From an uncultured Solirubrobacterales bacterium (lineage in GTDB: Bacteria > Actinomycetota > Thermoleophilia > Solirubrobacterales > 70-9), in the NCBI GenBank assembly GCA_963782685.1, contig CAWAKV010000007.1, positions 25,558 to 89,557 of the forward strand: a stretch of DNA of 64,000 bases, given 5' to 3'. Within the stretch, counting starts at the first letter, position 1. Each line of letters starts with the position of its first letter. Of the stretch, positions 10,897 through 19,919 are shown piece after piece. The translations under genes were made by a program, and so were the position numbers. The notes under the pieces are model-generated. The model searched no databases, was not told the origin of the DNA, and saw only the letters and a list, made by a program, of their open reading frames with translations.

Positions 10897-12357
10897 AGGC
10901 CGAAGTGCTCGAGCACGATCGGTGCCACGTCGCGCAGGGCCCACTGCCGCCGCTCGCCGGGATCGTCCGGTCCGCAACCAACGAAGAGAAGTGGGCCGAG
11001 GGAGTCGCCGGCGTGCAGGGAGCCGTGGCTGCCACCACCCGCATGACTGACGCCGCCCCAATCGACCGCCTCGTAGCCCGGCGCGAGGGAGACGACGAAG
11101 TCGCCGGCGTGGGGCGCGGTGACCGCGGCAAAGACGCGTGCCAGCGCGTCGGGGTACTCGCCGCTGCGAAACGTGCCGTCGGCGATCGACGCCTCGAGGA
11201 CGTCGGGTTGCCGTCGACATCCCAGCCGGCGCCTCGGAGGTCGGCGAGCTGGTCGCCCGGGCGGAAGCGCAGCTGCTCGTGCTGGCGCTCGACCACCGCG
11301 GTGGCGTCGTCGCGGTGGCAGACCAGGTCGATCCCCTCGGTCTCTCCCAGCCGCCGCCTCACGTCGCTGCGATCGGCTCGATCGCCGTCGCCCGGCAGCA
11401 GGTAGACGTGGGCGGCGCGGCCGGTCGGGCTGACGGCGAGCTGGGCGAGCTCAGGACGATCGTCGGAAGGGGCGAGGACGGTCCAATCGCGGGCGAGCAC
11501 GTCAGCCAGCGGCAGGCCGCGGCTGACCGGGGTCTGGGCGTGGTCGGCCAGCAGGATCACCGCGTGGTCAGCGACGAACGGCGTCCAGGCCGCCGCCGGC
11601 GTCGACCAGCTTGGCGAAGCAGTGATCGGCCTTGGCGATCGACTCGACGCTGGCCTCGGGCCCGTAGCGGTGCGAGTAGTTGTCGTTGTCGGGCAGCGAA
11701 AGCAGGAGGAAGTCGTAGTCGCCCGCTCTGCTCCAGCTCGGCGGCGCAGCAGGCCGCGTAGCCGTCGCGGCTGCCCGGGATCGAGGTCGACTTGCAGGGC
11801 ACCTCGCGGCTGGCGTAGAGGTCGCCGTAGAAGAGCTCGGCCGGCCCCCAGGTGTGGTGGCGGAACTTGAGCCGGGTCGTCTCGACCGCGCGGCGCAGCA
11901 GCCCCTCGAGCGAGACCTGGTGGCGGTGGCGGCCACGGTAGATCAGGAACGGCGTGCAGGCGGTGCGCACGCCGGCGTCGTCGAGCCGCTCGAAGAGGGT
12001 CTCGGCCTGCGGGTTGAGGTGGGCCAGGTTCATGTTGTAGACGAGGTCGTAGAGGGCGCGGAAGACGCCGACGGTCCTCGTTGCCTCCAGCGAGGAGCCG
12101 TACTCGACGTAGCGACGCTCGAGCCGGTGGAACCAGTTCATGCCGCTGATCCAGTGGCGGTCGGCGGCCACCCCGGTGACCATCTCCGCGCAGGCGACCG
12201 GCGTCACCGAGGGGAAGCTGGAGACGCAGTCGGGGATCAGCACGCCGCGTTCGAGCAGCGCGGCGAAGGTCGGCGCCCGCCCCTCCGCCACGGCGCGTTC
12301 GAGCATGTCGGTCCGCAGCGAATCGACGTAGGTGAGGACCAGCTTCTTCGCAGGCAT
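10893..12357 (-). CDS. alkaline-phosphatase-superfamily phosphodiesterase/nucleotide pyrophosphatase-like protein; 2-3 frame breaks
   Basis: ATG 12357; ..LVLTYVDSLRTDML.., ..FPSVTPVACAEMVTG.., ..DYDFLLLSLPDNDNYSHRYGP.., ..GGGSHGSLHAGD... Breaks near 11700 and 11195; ends ..APIVLEHFGL* at 10893. Confidence 0.65.
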
Positions 12358-12394
12358 CTGCCGCGAATGATGAAGCGCGGCCGGCGGCGCCCGG

Positions 12395-12829
12395 TTAACG
12401 GAGGACGCGCAGGCCGGCGTGCTTGCGCTGGGCGCGGCGGTGGCGGGCGGCACCGAGCCAGACCAGGGCGACGATGACGACCAGGGTCAGCAGCGGCAGC
12501 AGCAGCGCGGCGGCGGCCACGACCAGCGCCGCGAGCGAGACGAGGAAGCCGAGCGCCCCACCGCCGCCGCGCTCGCGCCGGCTCGCACCGCTGACCACAT
12601 CGCTGATCACCACGCAGCCGAGCACGGCGCCGACGGCGCAGAAGACTGCACCGGTCAGGTCGCCCAAATCGGCGGTGCCGGCGAGCAGGAAGCCGACTAT
12701 GAGGCCGATCACGGCGGCGAGGATCGTCATCCGGCCGCGGGCCGATCCACGCGTGCCGGTGGTGCCGGCGAGCATGCCGATCGCGATGCCGATGCCGAGC
12801 TCGAGCCCGGTGCCCTCGAGGAAGCTCAC
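12395..12829 (-). CDS. small integral membrane protein (hypothetical)
   Basis: Intact 144-aa ORF with four hydrophobic Gly/Ala-rich segments; first gene of the 12829-8134 minus-strand string. Confidence 0.5.
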   Translation of the reverse strand: MSFLEGTGLELGIGIAIGMLAGTTGTRGSARGRMTILAAVIGLIVGFLLAGTADLGDLTGAVFCAVGAVLGCVVISDVVSGASRRERGGGGALGFLVSLAALVVAAAALLLPLLTLVVIVALVWLGAARHRRAQRKHAGLRVLR

Positions 12830-12851
12830 GTCAAAAACCTACACTTCAGGG

Positions 12852-14226
12852 ATGGAAGAGACGCCCCACCGCCGCCGCGCTCACACGCGCAGCAGCGATC
12901 TGGAGCGCTACGCGGGCCTCTTCGCCGCCCGCACCGGGGTGATGCGCTCCTCGGCGATGCGCGACCTGATGGCGATCACGGCGCGGCCGGAGGTGATCTC
13001 GCTGGCCGGCGGCCTGCCCGACACCTCGACCTTCCCCGCCGGCACCTTCGCCGCGCAGATGACGCGGATCGCGCAGGAGTCGACCGCGGAGGCGCTCCAG
13101 TACGGGCCGACCGAGGGTTTCGCCGAGACGGTCGACTGCATCCTCGAGGTGATGGGCGCCGAGGGAATGCTGCCCGACCCCGACGACGTGATCGTCACCA
13201 CCGGCGGCCAGCAGGCGATCGACCTGATCTGCAAGACGCTGGTCGACCCCGGCGACGTGGTCGTCTGCGAGGCGCCGACCTATCCCGGCGCGGTGCCGGT
13301 CTTCTGCAGCTACCAGGCCGAGACGATCCAGATCGACTGCGATCGCGGACGGGATGCGGATCGAAGAGCTGGAAGCGGTGCTGGCGCGGCTCGACGGGGA
13401 GGGCCGCAGGCCCAAATTCGTCTACTCGGTGCCCAGCTTCCAGAACCCGGCCGGGGTGACGATGTCGCTGGAGCGGCGTCGGCGGCTGGTCGAGCTCGCC
13501 CGCCAGCGCGAGCTGCTCGTCGTCGAGGACAACCCCTACGGCCTGCTGCGCTTCGGCGGTGAGCCGCTGCCGCCGCTCTACCAGCTCGACGGCGGCGACT
13601 TCGTCCTCTACGTCGGCACCTTCTCCAAGATCCTCTCCCCCGGCATCCGCCTCGGCTGGGCGGTCGCGCCGCCGCCGGTGATGGAGAAGATCGTCCTCGG
13701 CAAGCAGGCTTCCGACCTCTGCACCTCGACCCTGACCCAGCACTTCGTCCGCGAGTACTTCGCGAAGGGCGCTGGCGCGAGTACATCGCCGACCTGGTCG
13801 AGATCTACCGCGGGCGGCGCGACACGATGCTCGCCGCGCTGCGCGAGCACTTCCCCGCGCAGGCGACCTGGACCGAGCCCGAAGGGGGCCTCTTCATCTG
13901 GGCGACACTGCCCGAGTACATCGACACCAGCGACCTGCTGGCCAAGGCGCTGCGCGAGGACGTCGCCTTCGTCCCCGGGCAGGCCGCCTACGTCGACGAG
14001 AGCCGCGGCCGCAGCTCGATGCGGCTCAACTTCTCCGGCGTCGGCGAGGAGGAGATCCGCGAGGGCGTGCGGCGGATCGGCCAGGCTGTCGGCGAGCAGG
14101 TCGAGCTCTACGGGGCGCTTACCGGCGAACAGGAGGCCGTGGCGGCACCCGAGGCGACGCCGGCGGCCGGGCAGGAGGGCAGCGCCGCGGACGTCCTCCC
14201 GTTCCGCAAGGAGAGGCTCCGGGTGA
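12852..14226 (+). CDS. PLP-dependent class I/II aminotransferase; frame breaks
   Basis: ATG 12852; ..VISLAGGLPDTSTFP.., ..VVTTGGQQAIDL.., ..SVPSFQNPAGVTM.., ..YVGTFSKILSPGIRLGW... Steps near 13345 and 13790. An alternate-frame TGA 14224-14226 overlaps the ddl GTG, but as given the tail stays open into ddl. Confidence 0.75.
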
Positions 14227-15188
14227 AGGTCGCGGTGCTGAAGGGCGGCCGCTCGCTGGAGCGTGGCGTCTCGCTGCGCTCCGGCGCCCGGGTCGAGGAC
14301 GCGCTCGAGCGGCTCGGCCACGAGCCGATCGCGATCGACGCCGGCGGCGATCTGGTCAAGCGGCTGACCGCGGGGCGGCCCGACGTCGTCTTCGTCGCCA
14401 TGCACGGGCTCGGCGGCGAGGACGGCACCGTGCAGGAGCTGCTGGAGATCCTCGGCATTCCCTTCACCGGCCCGGGGGTGGCGGCCTGCGCGCGCTGCAT
14501 GGACAAGGTCCTCGCCAAGCACGAGCTGCGCGACGCCGGCGTGCCGACGCCGGACTGGTTCGCCTTCAACGAGACCGCCTTCCGCGAGCTCGGCGCCGCC
14601 GATGCGCTGAGCGAGCTGGAGGAGCGCCTCGGCTTCCCGCTGGTGGTCAAGCCGAGCCGCGGCGGTTCGGCGCTCGGGGTCAAGTTCGCGGCGAGCTGGT
14701 TCGAGGTGCCCGAGGCGCTGGTCTCCGCCTTCAGCTACGACGACCGGGTGCTGCTCGAGCGCTTCGCCGAGGGTCGCGAGCTGGCGGTCAGCGTGCTCGG
14801 CGGCGAGGCGCTGCCGGTGGTCGAGGCGATCCCCAGCGGCGGCGACCGCTACGACTTCGAGGCGCGCTACGAGATCGGCCGCACCGAGTTCGTCTGCCCG
14901 GCCGAGCTCGGCGAGGAGGAGACAGCGGCGGTGACGGCGACCGCGCTGGCCGCCTACGAGGCGCTCGGCTGCGCCGGTTTCTCCCGCGTCGACCTGATCC
15001 TCGCCGCCGACGGGCCGCAGGTGCTCGAGGTGAACGCGATCCCCGGCCTCACCGACACCAGCCTCCTCCCCCAGGCCGCCGAGGCCGCCGGGATGTCATT
15101 CGAGCAGCTGGTCGAGCGGATCCTCGAGCTGGCACTGAAGCCGGCAACGCGCCTAGGAGTCTCCCTTCGGCGAAGTCGTCCGGCGTGA
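14223..15188 (+). CDS. ddl: D-alanine--D-alanine ligase (copy 1)
   Basis: AAGGAGAG then GTG 14223; VKVAVLKGGRSLERGVSLRSG.., ..VFVAMHGLGGEDGTVQ.., ..VVKPSRGGSALGV.., ..LEVNAIPGLT... The last ~140 nt overlap the convergent gene. Confidence 0.85.
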   Translation: MKVAVLKGGRSLERGVSLRSGARVEDALERLGHEPIAIDAGGDLVKRLTAGRPDVVFVAMHGLGGEDGTVQELLEILGIPFTGPGVAACARCMDKVLAKHELRDAGVPTPDWFAFNETAFRELGAADALSELEERLGFPLVVKPSRGGSALGVKFAASWFEVPEALVSAFSYDDRVLLERFAEGRELAVSVLGGEALPVVEAIPSGGDRYDFEARYEIGRTEFVCPAELGEEETAAVTATALAAYEALGCAGFSRVDLILAADGPQVLEVNAIPGLTDTSLLPQAAEAAGMSFEQLVERILELALKPATRLGVSLRRSRPA

Positions 15189-15645
15189 CCTCGTCGAGGA
15201 ACTCCTTGAACTTGTCGACGACCTCCTCGGTGTCCTCGACCTCGTGCTCGAACTCGATCGCCGACTCCTCGATCACGTCCTCGGCGGCGAAGATCGGCGC
15301 CGAGACGCGGACCGCGAGGGCGAGGGCGTCGGAGGGACGCGAGTCGATCTCCAGCTCCGAGCCGTCGATCGAGACCGTGATCGAGGCGTAGAAGGTGTTG
15401 TCGCGCAGCTCGGTGACCGAGACCCGCTCGCACTTCGCGTCGAGCTGCTCGAGCATGTCGGAGAGCAGGTCGTGGGTCATCGGCCGCGGCGTCGAGGCGC
15501 CCTGCAGCTTCATCAGGATCGCCGCCGCCTCGGGATGCCCGATCCAGATCGGCAGGAACTGGTTGCCGTCAACCGTCTTCAGCAAGACGATCGGCTGCTT
15601 GCCGACCATGTCGAAGCTGACCCCGTAGATCTGCATCTGCTGCAA
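15049..15645 (-). CDS. bifunctional nuclease (BFN/DUF151) family protein
   Basis: MQIYGVSFDMVGKQPIVLLKTVDGNQFLPIWIGHPEAAAILMKLQGASTPRPMTHDLL. The C-terminal ~45 aa overlapping ddl look non-native, so the true stop may lie further upstream. Confidence 0.75.
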   Translation of the reverse strand: MQQMQIYGVSFDMVGKQPIVLLKTVDGNQFLPIWIGHPEAAAILMKLQGASTPRPMTHDLLSDMLEQLDAKCERVSVTELRDNTFYASITVSIDGSELEIDSRPSDALALAVRVSAPIFAAEDVIEESAIEFEHEVEDTEEVVDKFKEFLDEVTPDDFAEGRLLGALPASVPARGSARPAARMTSRRPRRPGGGGWCR

Positions 15646-15732
15646 AATTGGCTCCGAGCCGTGGGTGGATCGCCCATTATAGGTACGGCTTTGGGCCGCT
15701 CCGCTAGGCCAGATCGTTGCGGCGTCGCGCAG

Positions 15733-15806
<74 letters not shown>

Positions 15807-15854
15807 GGGGCGGGGCGATGATAGCGGCCCGGTGGCTGCGGTCGCCCGCCTACT

Positions 15855-16730
15855 TCAGGCGCGCTTGCGCCCCAGCTGCCGGGCGAGCGCCGCCGCCTCA
15901 TCGAGGTCCGCGAGGCGGATCTCGACCGCCACCCCTCCCCCACGCGGCCGCACCTTGACCTCGTGACCGAGCGCGGTCTCGAGCTTGTCGGCGGCGTCGC
16001 GCATCGCGGCGGCCTCCTCGGCGCTGAGCCGAGAAGCTGCTCCCCTTTCCTGTTTTGGCTGGCTGGCCAGCTTAACCCGGTTCTCGGTCTCGCGGACCGA
16101 CCATCCGCCCCTCGCCGCGTCGCGGGCCAGGCGGCGACGGACGTCGTTGCCGGCGACGGCGAGCAGTGCGCGGCCGTGACCCTCGCTGAGCTCGCCGGAC
16201 TCGAGCAGCTCCAGCGCCTCGTCCGGCAGGTCGAGCAGGCGGATCAGGTTGGAGACGGCCGGGCGGCTGCGGCCGATGCGGCGAGCCAGGTCCTCTTTGG
16301 AGAGGCCGAGGTCCTCGACCAGGGCGGCGCAGGCACGCGCCTCCTCGACCGGGTTGAGGTCCTCGCGGACCATGTTCTCGATCAGCGCCATCTCGAGGCG
16401 CTCGGCCTGCGCGGAATCGCGGACGATCGCTGGCACCTTCTCCAGCCCCGCCTGTTGCGCGGCGCGCCAGCGGCGCTCGCCGGCGATCAGCTCGTAGCTG
16501 CCGTCGTGCAGGGGGCGGACCAGCAGCGGCTGGACGACGCCACTGCTGGCGATCGAGTCGGCGAGCCCGGCCAGCGCCTCGGCGTCGAACCTGGTCCGCG
16601 GCTGCTTCGGGTTGGGCTTGATCAGGCTGACCGGCAGCTCGCGCAGCTCGCCGACGTCCTCGCCGGCAGCGCTCTCGGGAAGGATCGCCGCCAGGCCGCG
16701 ACCCATGCCCCGCTGCGCCTTGCTAGCCAC
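15855..16730 (-). CDS. parB: chromosome partitioning protein ParB
   Basis: ..GMGRGLAAIL.., ..LLVRPL..YELIAGERRWRAAQ.., HTH ..SKEDLARRIGRSRPAVSNLIRLL... Probable GTG 16730, overlapping the parA stop. Confidence 0.9.
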   Translation of the reverse strand: MASKAQRGMGRGLAAILPESAAGEDVGELRELPVSLIKPNPKQPRTRFDAEALAGLADSIASSGVVQPLLVRPLHDGSYELIAGERRWRAAQQAGLEKVPAIVRDSAQAERLEMALIENMVREDLNPVEEARACAALVEDLGLSKEDLARRIGRSRPAVSNLIRLLDLPDEALELLESGELSEGHGRALLAVAGNDVRRRLARDAARGGWSVRETENRVKLASQPKQERGAASRLSAEEAAAMRDAADKLETALGHEVKVRPRGGGVAVEIRLADLDEAAALARQLGRKRA

Positions 16731-17481
16731 GGCCGACGAGCTCCTCGGCCAAGGCTTCGTAGGCGCCTGCGCCACGGGAGGAGGGAGCGTGCTCGGTCAC
16801 GGGCAGGCCGTAGCTCGGCGCCTCGGCGACCCTGACGCTGCGCGGTATGACCGTCTCGAAGACCATCTCGGGGAAATGCTCGCGCAACTCCCGCTCGACG
16901 TCCCGGGCGAGGCGCGTGCGCTCGTCGTGCATGGTGATCAACAGGCCCGACACGTTCAGCGCCGGGTTGAGCTCACGCCGGATCATCCCCAGCGTGTCGA
17001 GGAACTGGACCAGCCCCTCGAGCGCCAGGTACTCGGCCTGGACCGGCACGATCACCCGGTCGGCCGCGACCAGGGCGTTGACGCTGACGGGGCCGAGGGA
17101 GGGCGGGCAGTCGAGCAGCGTGAAGGCGAAGCGCTCGCGCAGCGGGCCGAGTCGTTCGCGCAGGCGCGTCTCCGAGCCGTCTAGGCGCGGCAGCTCGACC
17201 GCGGCCCCCGCCAGGTCGCGATTCGCCGGGACCAGCCAGAGGTTGTCGGGTCCTGCCGGCCGGGCCGCCTCGGCCACGGAGACCTCTCCGATCAGGCAGT
17301 CGTAGGAGGAGGGATGCGCGTCGCGGTCGCCGCCCAGGGCAACCGTGGCGTTGCATTGCGGATCGAGGTCGACCAGCAGGGTCTGCGATCCGACAGCGGC
17401 GACGCAGGCAGTGAGGTTCACCGCGGTCGTCGTCTTGCCGACGCCGCCCTTCTGGTTCGCCACCGCGTAGACCAAGCCCAT
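16723..17481 (-). CDS. parA: chromosome partitioning ATPase ParA/Soj
   Basis: Intact; deviant Walker A NQKGGVGKTTTAVNL, ..LVDLDPQCNAT.., ..IVPVQAEYLALEGL.. Confidence 0.9.
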   Translation of the reverse strand: MGLVYAVANQKGGVGKTTTAVNLTACVAAVGSQTLLVDLDPQCNATVALGGDRDAHPSSYDCLIGEVSVAEAARPAGPDNLWLVPANRDLAGAAVELPRLDGSETRLRERLGPLRERFAFTLLDCPPSLGPVSVNALVAADRVIVPVQAEYLALEGLVQFLDTLGMIRRELNPALNVSGLLITMHDERTRLARDVERELREHFPEMVFETVIPRSVRVAEAPSYGLPVTEHAPSSRGAGAYEALAEELVGRG

Positions 17482-17501
17482 GGGCGGCAGACTATTCGGC
17501 C

Positions 17502-18131
17502 TCAGCCGCGCGGACGCTTCTTGGCCATGCCCGGGCGGCGGGGGATGCCGGCCGGGGTGGGACCCAGCTTGCGGAGGACGTGCAGGTGGCGGTGCCTGCT
17601 GCCGGCGCGGTCGCCCACATCGAGGATCTGTTCTGGATGCATCGCGAGCTGCTCCGCCGCGTGAGCCAGCTGCTGCTCCTCGTCCGGGTCTCGCCTGCCC
17701 TTCCAGGCGACGAGGACGCCGTCCTCCCGGAGGAGAGGCGAGGCGAGCTCGGCGAGGGTTGAGAGGCGACCAACCGCGCGGGCCGTGACCGCTTCGTAGG
17801 TCTCACCTCGCTCGCCGCTGCGCCAGCTCCTCCGAGCGGGCGTTGATGACGGTGGCGTTGACGATGCGCCGCGGCATCGATCGCGCGCTGGATGAAGTCG
17901 CACTTACGACCTATCGACTCGATCAGATCGACCTGGGCCTCGGGCAGAGCGACGGCAAGAGGAAGGCCCGGAAACCCCGCCCCAGAGCCAATATCTGCGA
18001 TTCGGCGAGCTGCGGCGAGCTCCGGGATCTCAAGCCCGGTGAGGCTGTCCTCGACATGCACCCGCCACGCCCGCTCCGGCTCGGTCACCGAGCTCACGGA
18101 AGCTCGCTCCTCGCGCAAGCAGGTCGAGCAC
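17502..18131 (-). CDS. rsmG: 16S rRNA (guanine527-N7)-methyltransferase RsmG; about two frame breaks
   Basis: ..VHVEDSLTGLEI..IADIGSGAGFPGLPLAVALP..VDLIESIGRKCDF.. (ORF 17492..18118) continues in ORF 17502..17903 (..AVTARAVGRLSTLAELASPLLREDGVLVAWKG..). Start (GTG 18131) is tentative. Confidence 0.75.
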
Positions 18132-18156
18132 CGTCCGTAGTACCTCTCGCTGTGAA

Positions 18157-18218
18157 GGGAGCATTCGGTGGGGGTGGAACGTCTTGTACTTTAAGTGGAA
18201 CCCCCACCGAATGCTCCC
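18157..18218. repeat. perfect 18-bp inverted repeat with a 26-nt AT-rich loop, abutting the jag stop
   Basis: GGGAGCATTCGGTGGGGG (18157-18174) / CCCCCACCGAATGCTCCC (18201-18218). Direct repeat GTGGAAC at 18174-18180 and 18195-18201, spanning the loop and overlapping the stem junctions by 1 nt. Confidence 0.8.
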
Positions 18219-18700
18219 TACTCCGACACCAGCGGGGCGACCACGACGCAGCGCCGGGGCTCGTCGCCTTCGCTGAAGGTCTCGACGCCGGAGCGATCTT
18301 TGAGGTGTTCGTGCACGACGCGCCGTTCCTGCGCGCTCATCGGGTCCATCTCGACCGAGACGTTGCCGTCCAGCGCCTGCTCCGCGGCCCGGTCCGCCCG
18401 CGCGGTGAGCACCTCCCGGCGTCGCTCGCGGTAGCCGGAGGCGTCGAGCACAACCCGCTTGCGGTCTCTCAGCCCGCGGAAGGCCGCCTGGAAGCAGAGC
18501 AGCTGGAGCGCATCGATCGTCTGCCCCCGTTTGCCGATCAGCAGCCCGTAGTCGTCCTCGCCGGAGATGACGGCTTCGATCCGATCGTCGTCCTCGCGGA
18601 TCTCAACCTCTCCCTCCAGGTCAAGCTCGTCCAAAACCCCCTCCACGAGCTCCTTCACCCGCTCAGCGGGCTCCTCCGGCCACTGCGTCTCAGCACTCAC
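18218..18700 (-). CDS. jag: Jag/KhpB-like RNA-binding protein (KH + R3H)
   Basis: GTG 18700; ..GLLIGKRGQTIDALQ.. (KH GxxG) and ..MSAQERRVVHEHL.. (R3H); conserved position after yidC. Confidence 0.8.
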   Translation of the reverse strand: MSAETQWPEEPAERVKELVEGVLDELDLEGEVEIREDDDRIEAVISGEDDYGLLIGKRGQTIDALQLLCFQAAFRGLRDRKRVVLDASGYRERRREVLTARADRAAEQALDGNVSVEMDPMSAQERRVVHEHLKDRSGVETFSEGDEPRRCVVVAPLVSE

Positions 18701-18743
18701 ACCCGGCACCCTATTCCAGCCGGCGAAGCTCGTGGGGACAGGG

Positions 18744-18874
18744 GGCGGGGAGAGTCTCCGGAAGTGCCTCGCGAAGCGGCCACGGCTGAGTGACTCTTGC
18801 CGCGAAGCGGCAGCGACATAGTGAGCGGAGCGCCAGCGAAGCGAACATAGGCAGCTTCCGGAGACTCTCCCGCC
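18744..18874. repeat. 131-nt palindromic intergenic element (25-nt arms, three GCGAAGCG motifs)
   Basis: GGCGGGGAGAGTCTCCGGAAGTGCC (18744-18768) pairs with GGCAGCTTCCGGAGACTCTCCCGCC (18850-18874). GCGAAGCG at 18771, 18802 and 18836. Core GTGAGC..CGAAGCGAACATAGGC resembles the 58.3/59.3 kb elements. Confidence 0.75.
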
Positions 18875-18891
18875 GCCTGGCAGAGCTTCCG

Positions 18892-19644
18892 TTACTTGCG
18901 CCGCTTCTTCTTTTTGGGTGGAGGCGGCGGCGGCTTGGCTGCTGCGACCTGCGCTGGAGTGGGCACCTCGGGAGCTGGGATCAGTTTCTGGATCGTGTAC
19001 TGCTGGCCGATCGTCCAGACGTTGGTGGTGATCCAGTAGAGGACGAGGCCGGCGGGGAAGCTGATCACGAAGGGGACGAAGACGAAGGGCAGGATGAACA
19101 TGATCATCCGCTGGCTTTTGTCGGCCGTGACGGCCATCACCAGGCCGGAGATCAGCTGGGTGCCGACGTAGAGGATGAGCAGGGCGATCAGTTCGCCCCC
19201 AGTGGCCTTCGCGGTCAGGTCGCTGATGAAGAGGAAGGACGCTTCGCTGCCGCATTCACCGGCTTTGCAGCCGATGTCGTCGGGCAGCTCCTCTTTGAGG
19301 ACGAAGAAGAGGGTGATGAAGACGGGCAGCTGGGCGAGCAGCGGAATGCAGGAGGCAAAGGGGTTGACTTTGTTCTCCTGGTAGAAGCGCATCATCTCCT
19401 GCTGCATGCGTTTCTGGTCGCTCTTGTACTTCTCTTTGATCTCTTTCAGCTGCGGCTGGAGAGCCTGCAGGGCCCGCATCCCTTTCAGCGATTTGTAGGT
19501 GAGCGGGATCAGCAGCGCCCGGGTGACCACCGTGAGGGCGATGATCGACATCCCCCAGCTGAGCCCGACGCTGTCGTGGAAAAATTCGAGGACCGAGTTG
19601 CCGACGTCGATCAGCGGCTGGAGGACGTTCGCGACTGGGATCAT
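18892..19644 (-). CDS. yidC: membrane protein insertase YidC
   Basis: ATG 19644 overlaps the yidD stop (ATGA); ..IALTVVTRALLIPLT.., ..KVNPFASCIPLLAQLPVFI.., ..PAGLVLYWITTNVWTIGQQ.., basic tail KKKKRRK. Confidence 0.9.
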   Translation of the reverse strand: MIPVANVLQPLIDVGNSVLEFFHDSVGLSWGMSIIALTVVTRALLIPLTYKSLKGMRALQALQPQLKEIKEKYKSDQKRMQQEMMRFYQENKVNPFASCIPLLAQLPVFITLFFVLKEELPDDIGCKAGECGSEASFLFISDLTAKATGGELIALLILYVGTQLISGLVMAVTADKSQRMIMFILPFVFVPFVISFPAGLVLYWITTNVWTIGQQYTIQKLIPAPEVPTPAQVAAAKPPPPPPKKKKRRK

Positions 19645-19919
19645 GAGTGGGCTCCGTGGTGGCGGTGGTACTCGCTCGGGTCGATCGGGCCGACGCGGAG
19701 GGTGAAGCGGTCGGGAACGGGGTCGAAGCCCCCGTGGCTGAGCGGGTTGCAGCGCAGCAGGCGCCAGCAGGCGAGCAGCAGGCCGCGGAACGGGCCGAAG
19801 CGCCGGATCGAGTCGGTCGCGTATTCCGAGCAGGTCGGCTCGTAGCGACAGCGCCGGGGCATTGCGGGGGAAACCCAGCGCTGGTAGGCGGCAATCGGGG
19901 CCAGGAGAACCCGTTTCAC
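19641..19919 (-). CDS. yidD: membrane protein insertion efficiency factor YidD
   Basis: ..YQRWVSPAMPRRCRYEPTCSEYA..RLLRCNPLSHGGFDPVP. Confidence 0.9.
   Translation of the reverse strand: MKRVLLAPIAAYQRWVSPAMPRRCRYEPTCSEYATDSIRRFGPFRGLLLACWRLLRCNPLSHGGFDPVPDRFTLRVGPIDPSEYHRHHGAHS

Noticed and set aside
13827-15188. Genuine aminotransferase-Ddl fusion enzyme
   Set aside because: Not adopted as the primary call. A good RBS and GTG for ddl, an alternate-frame TGA forming GTGA at the junction, and the high local indel rate make two separate genes more likely. It is kept as a finding because the sequence as given is open.
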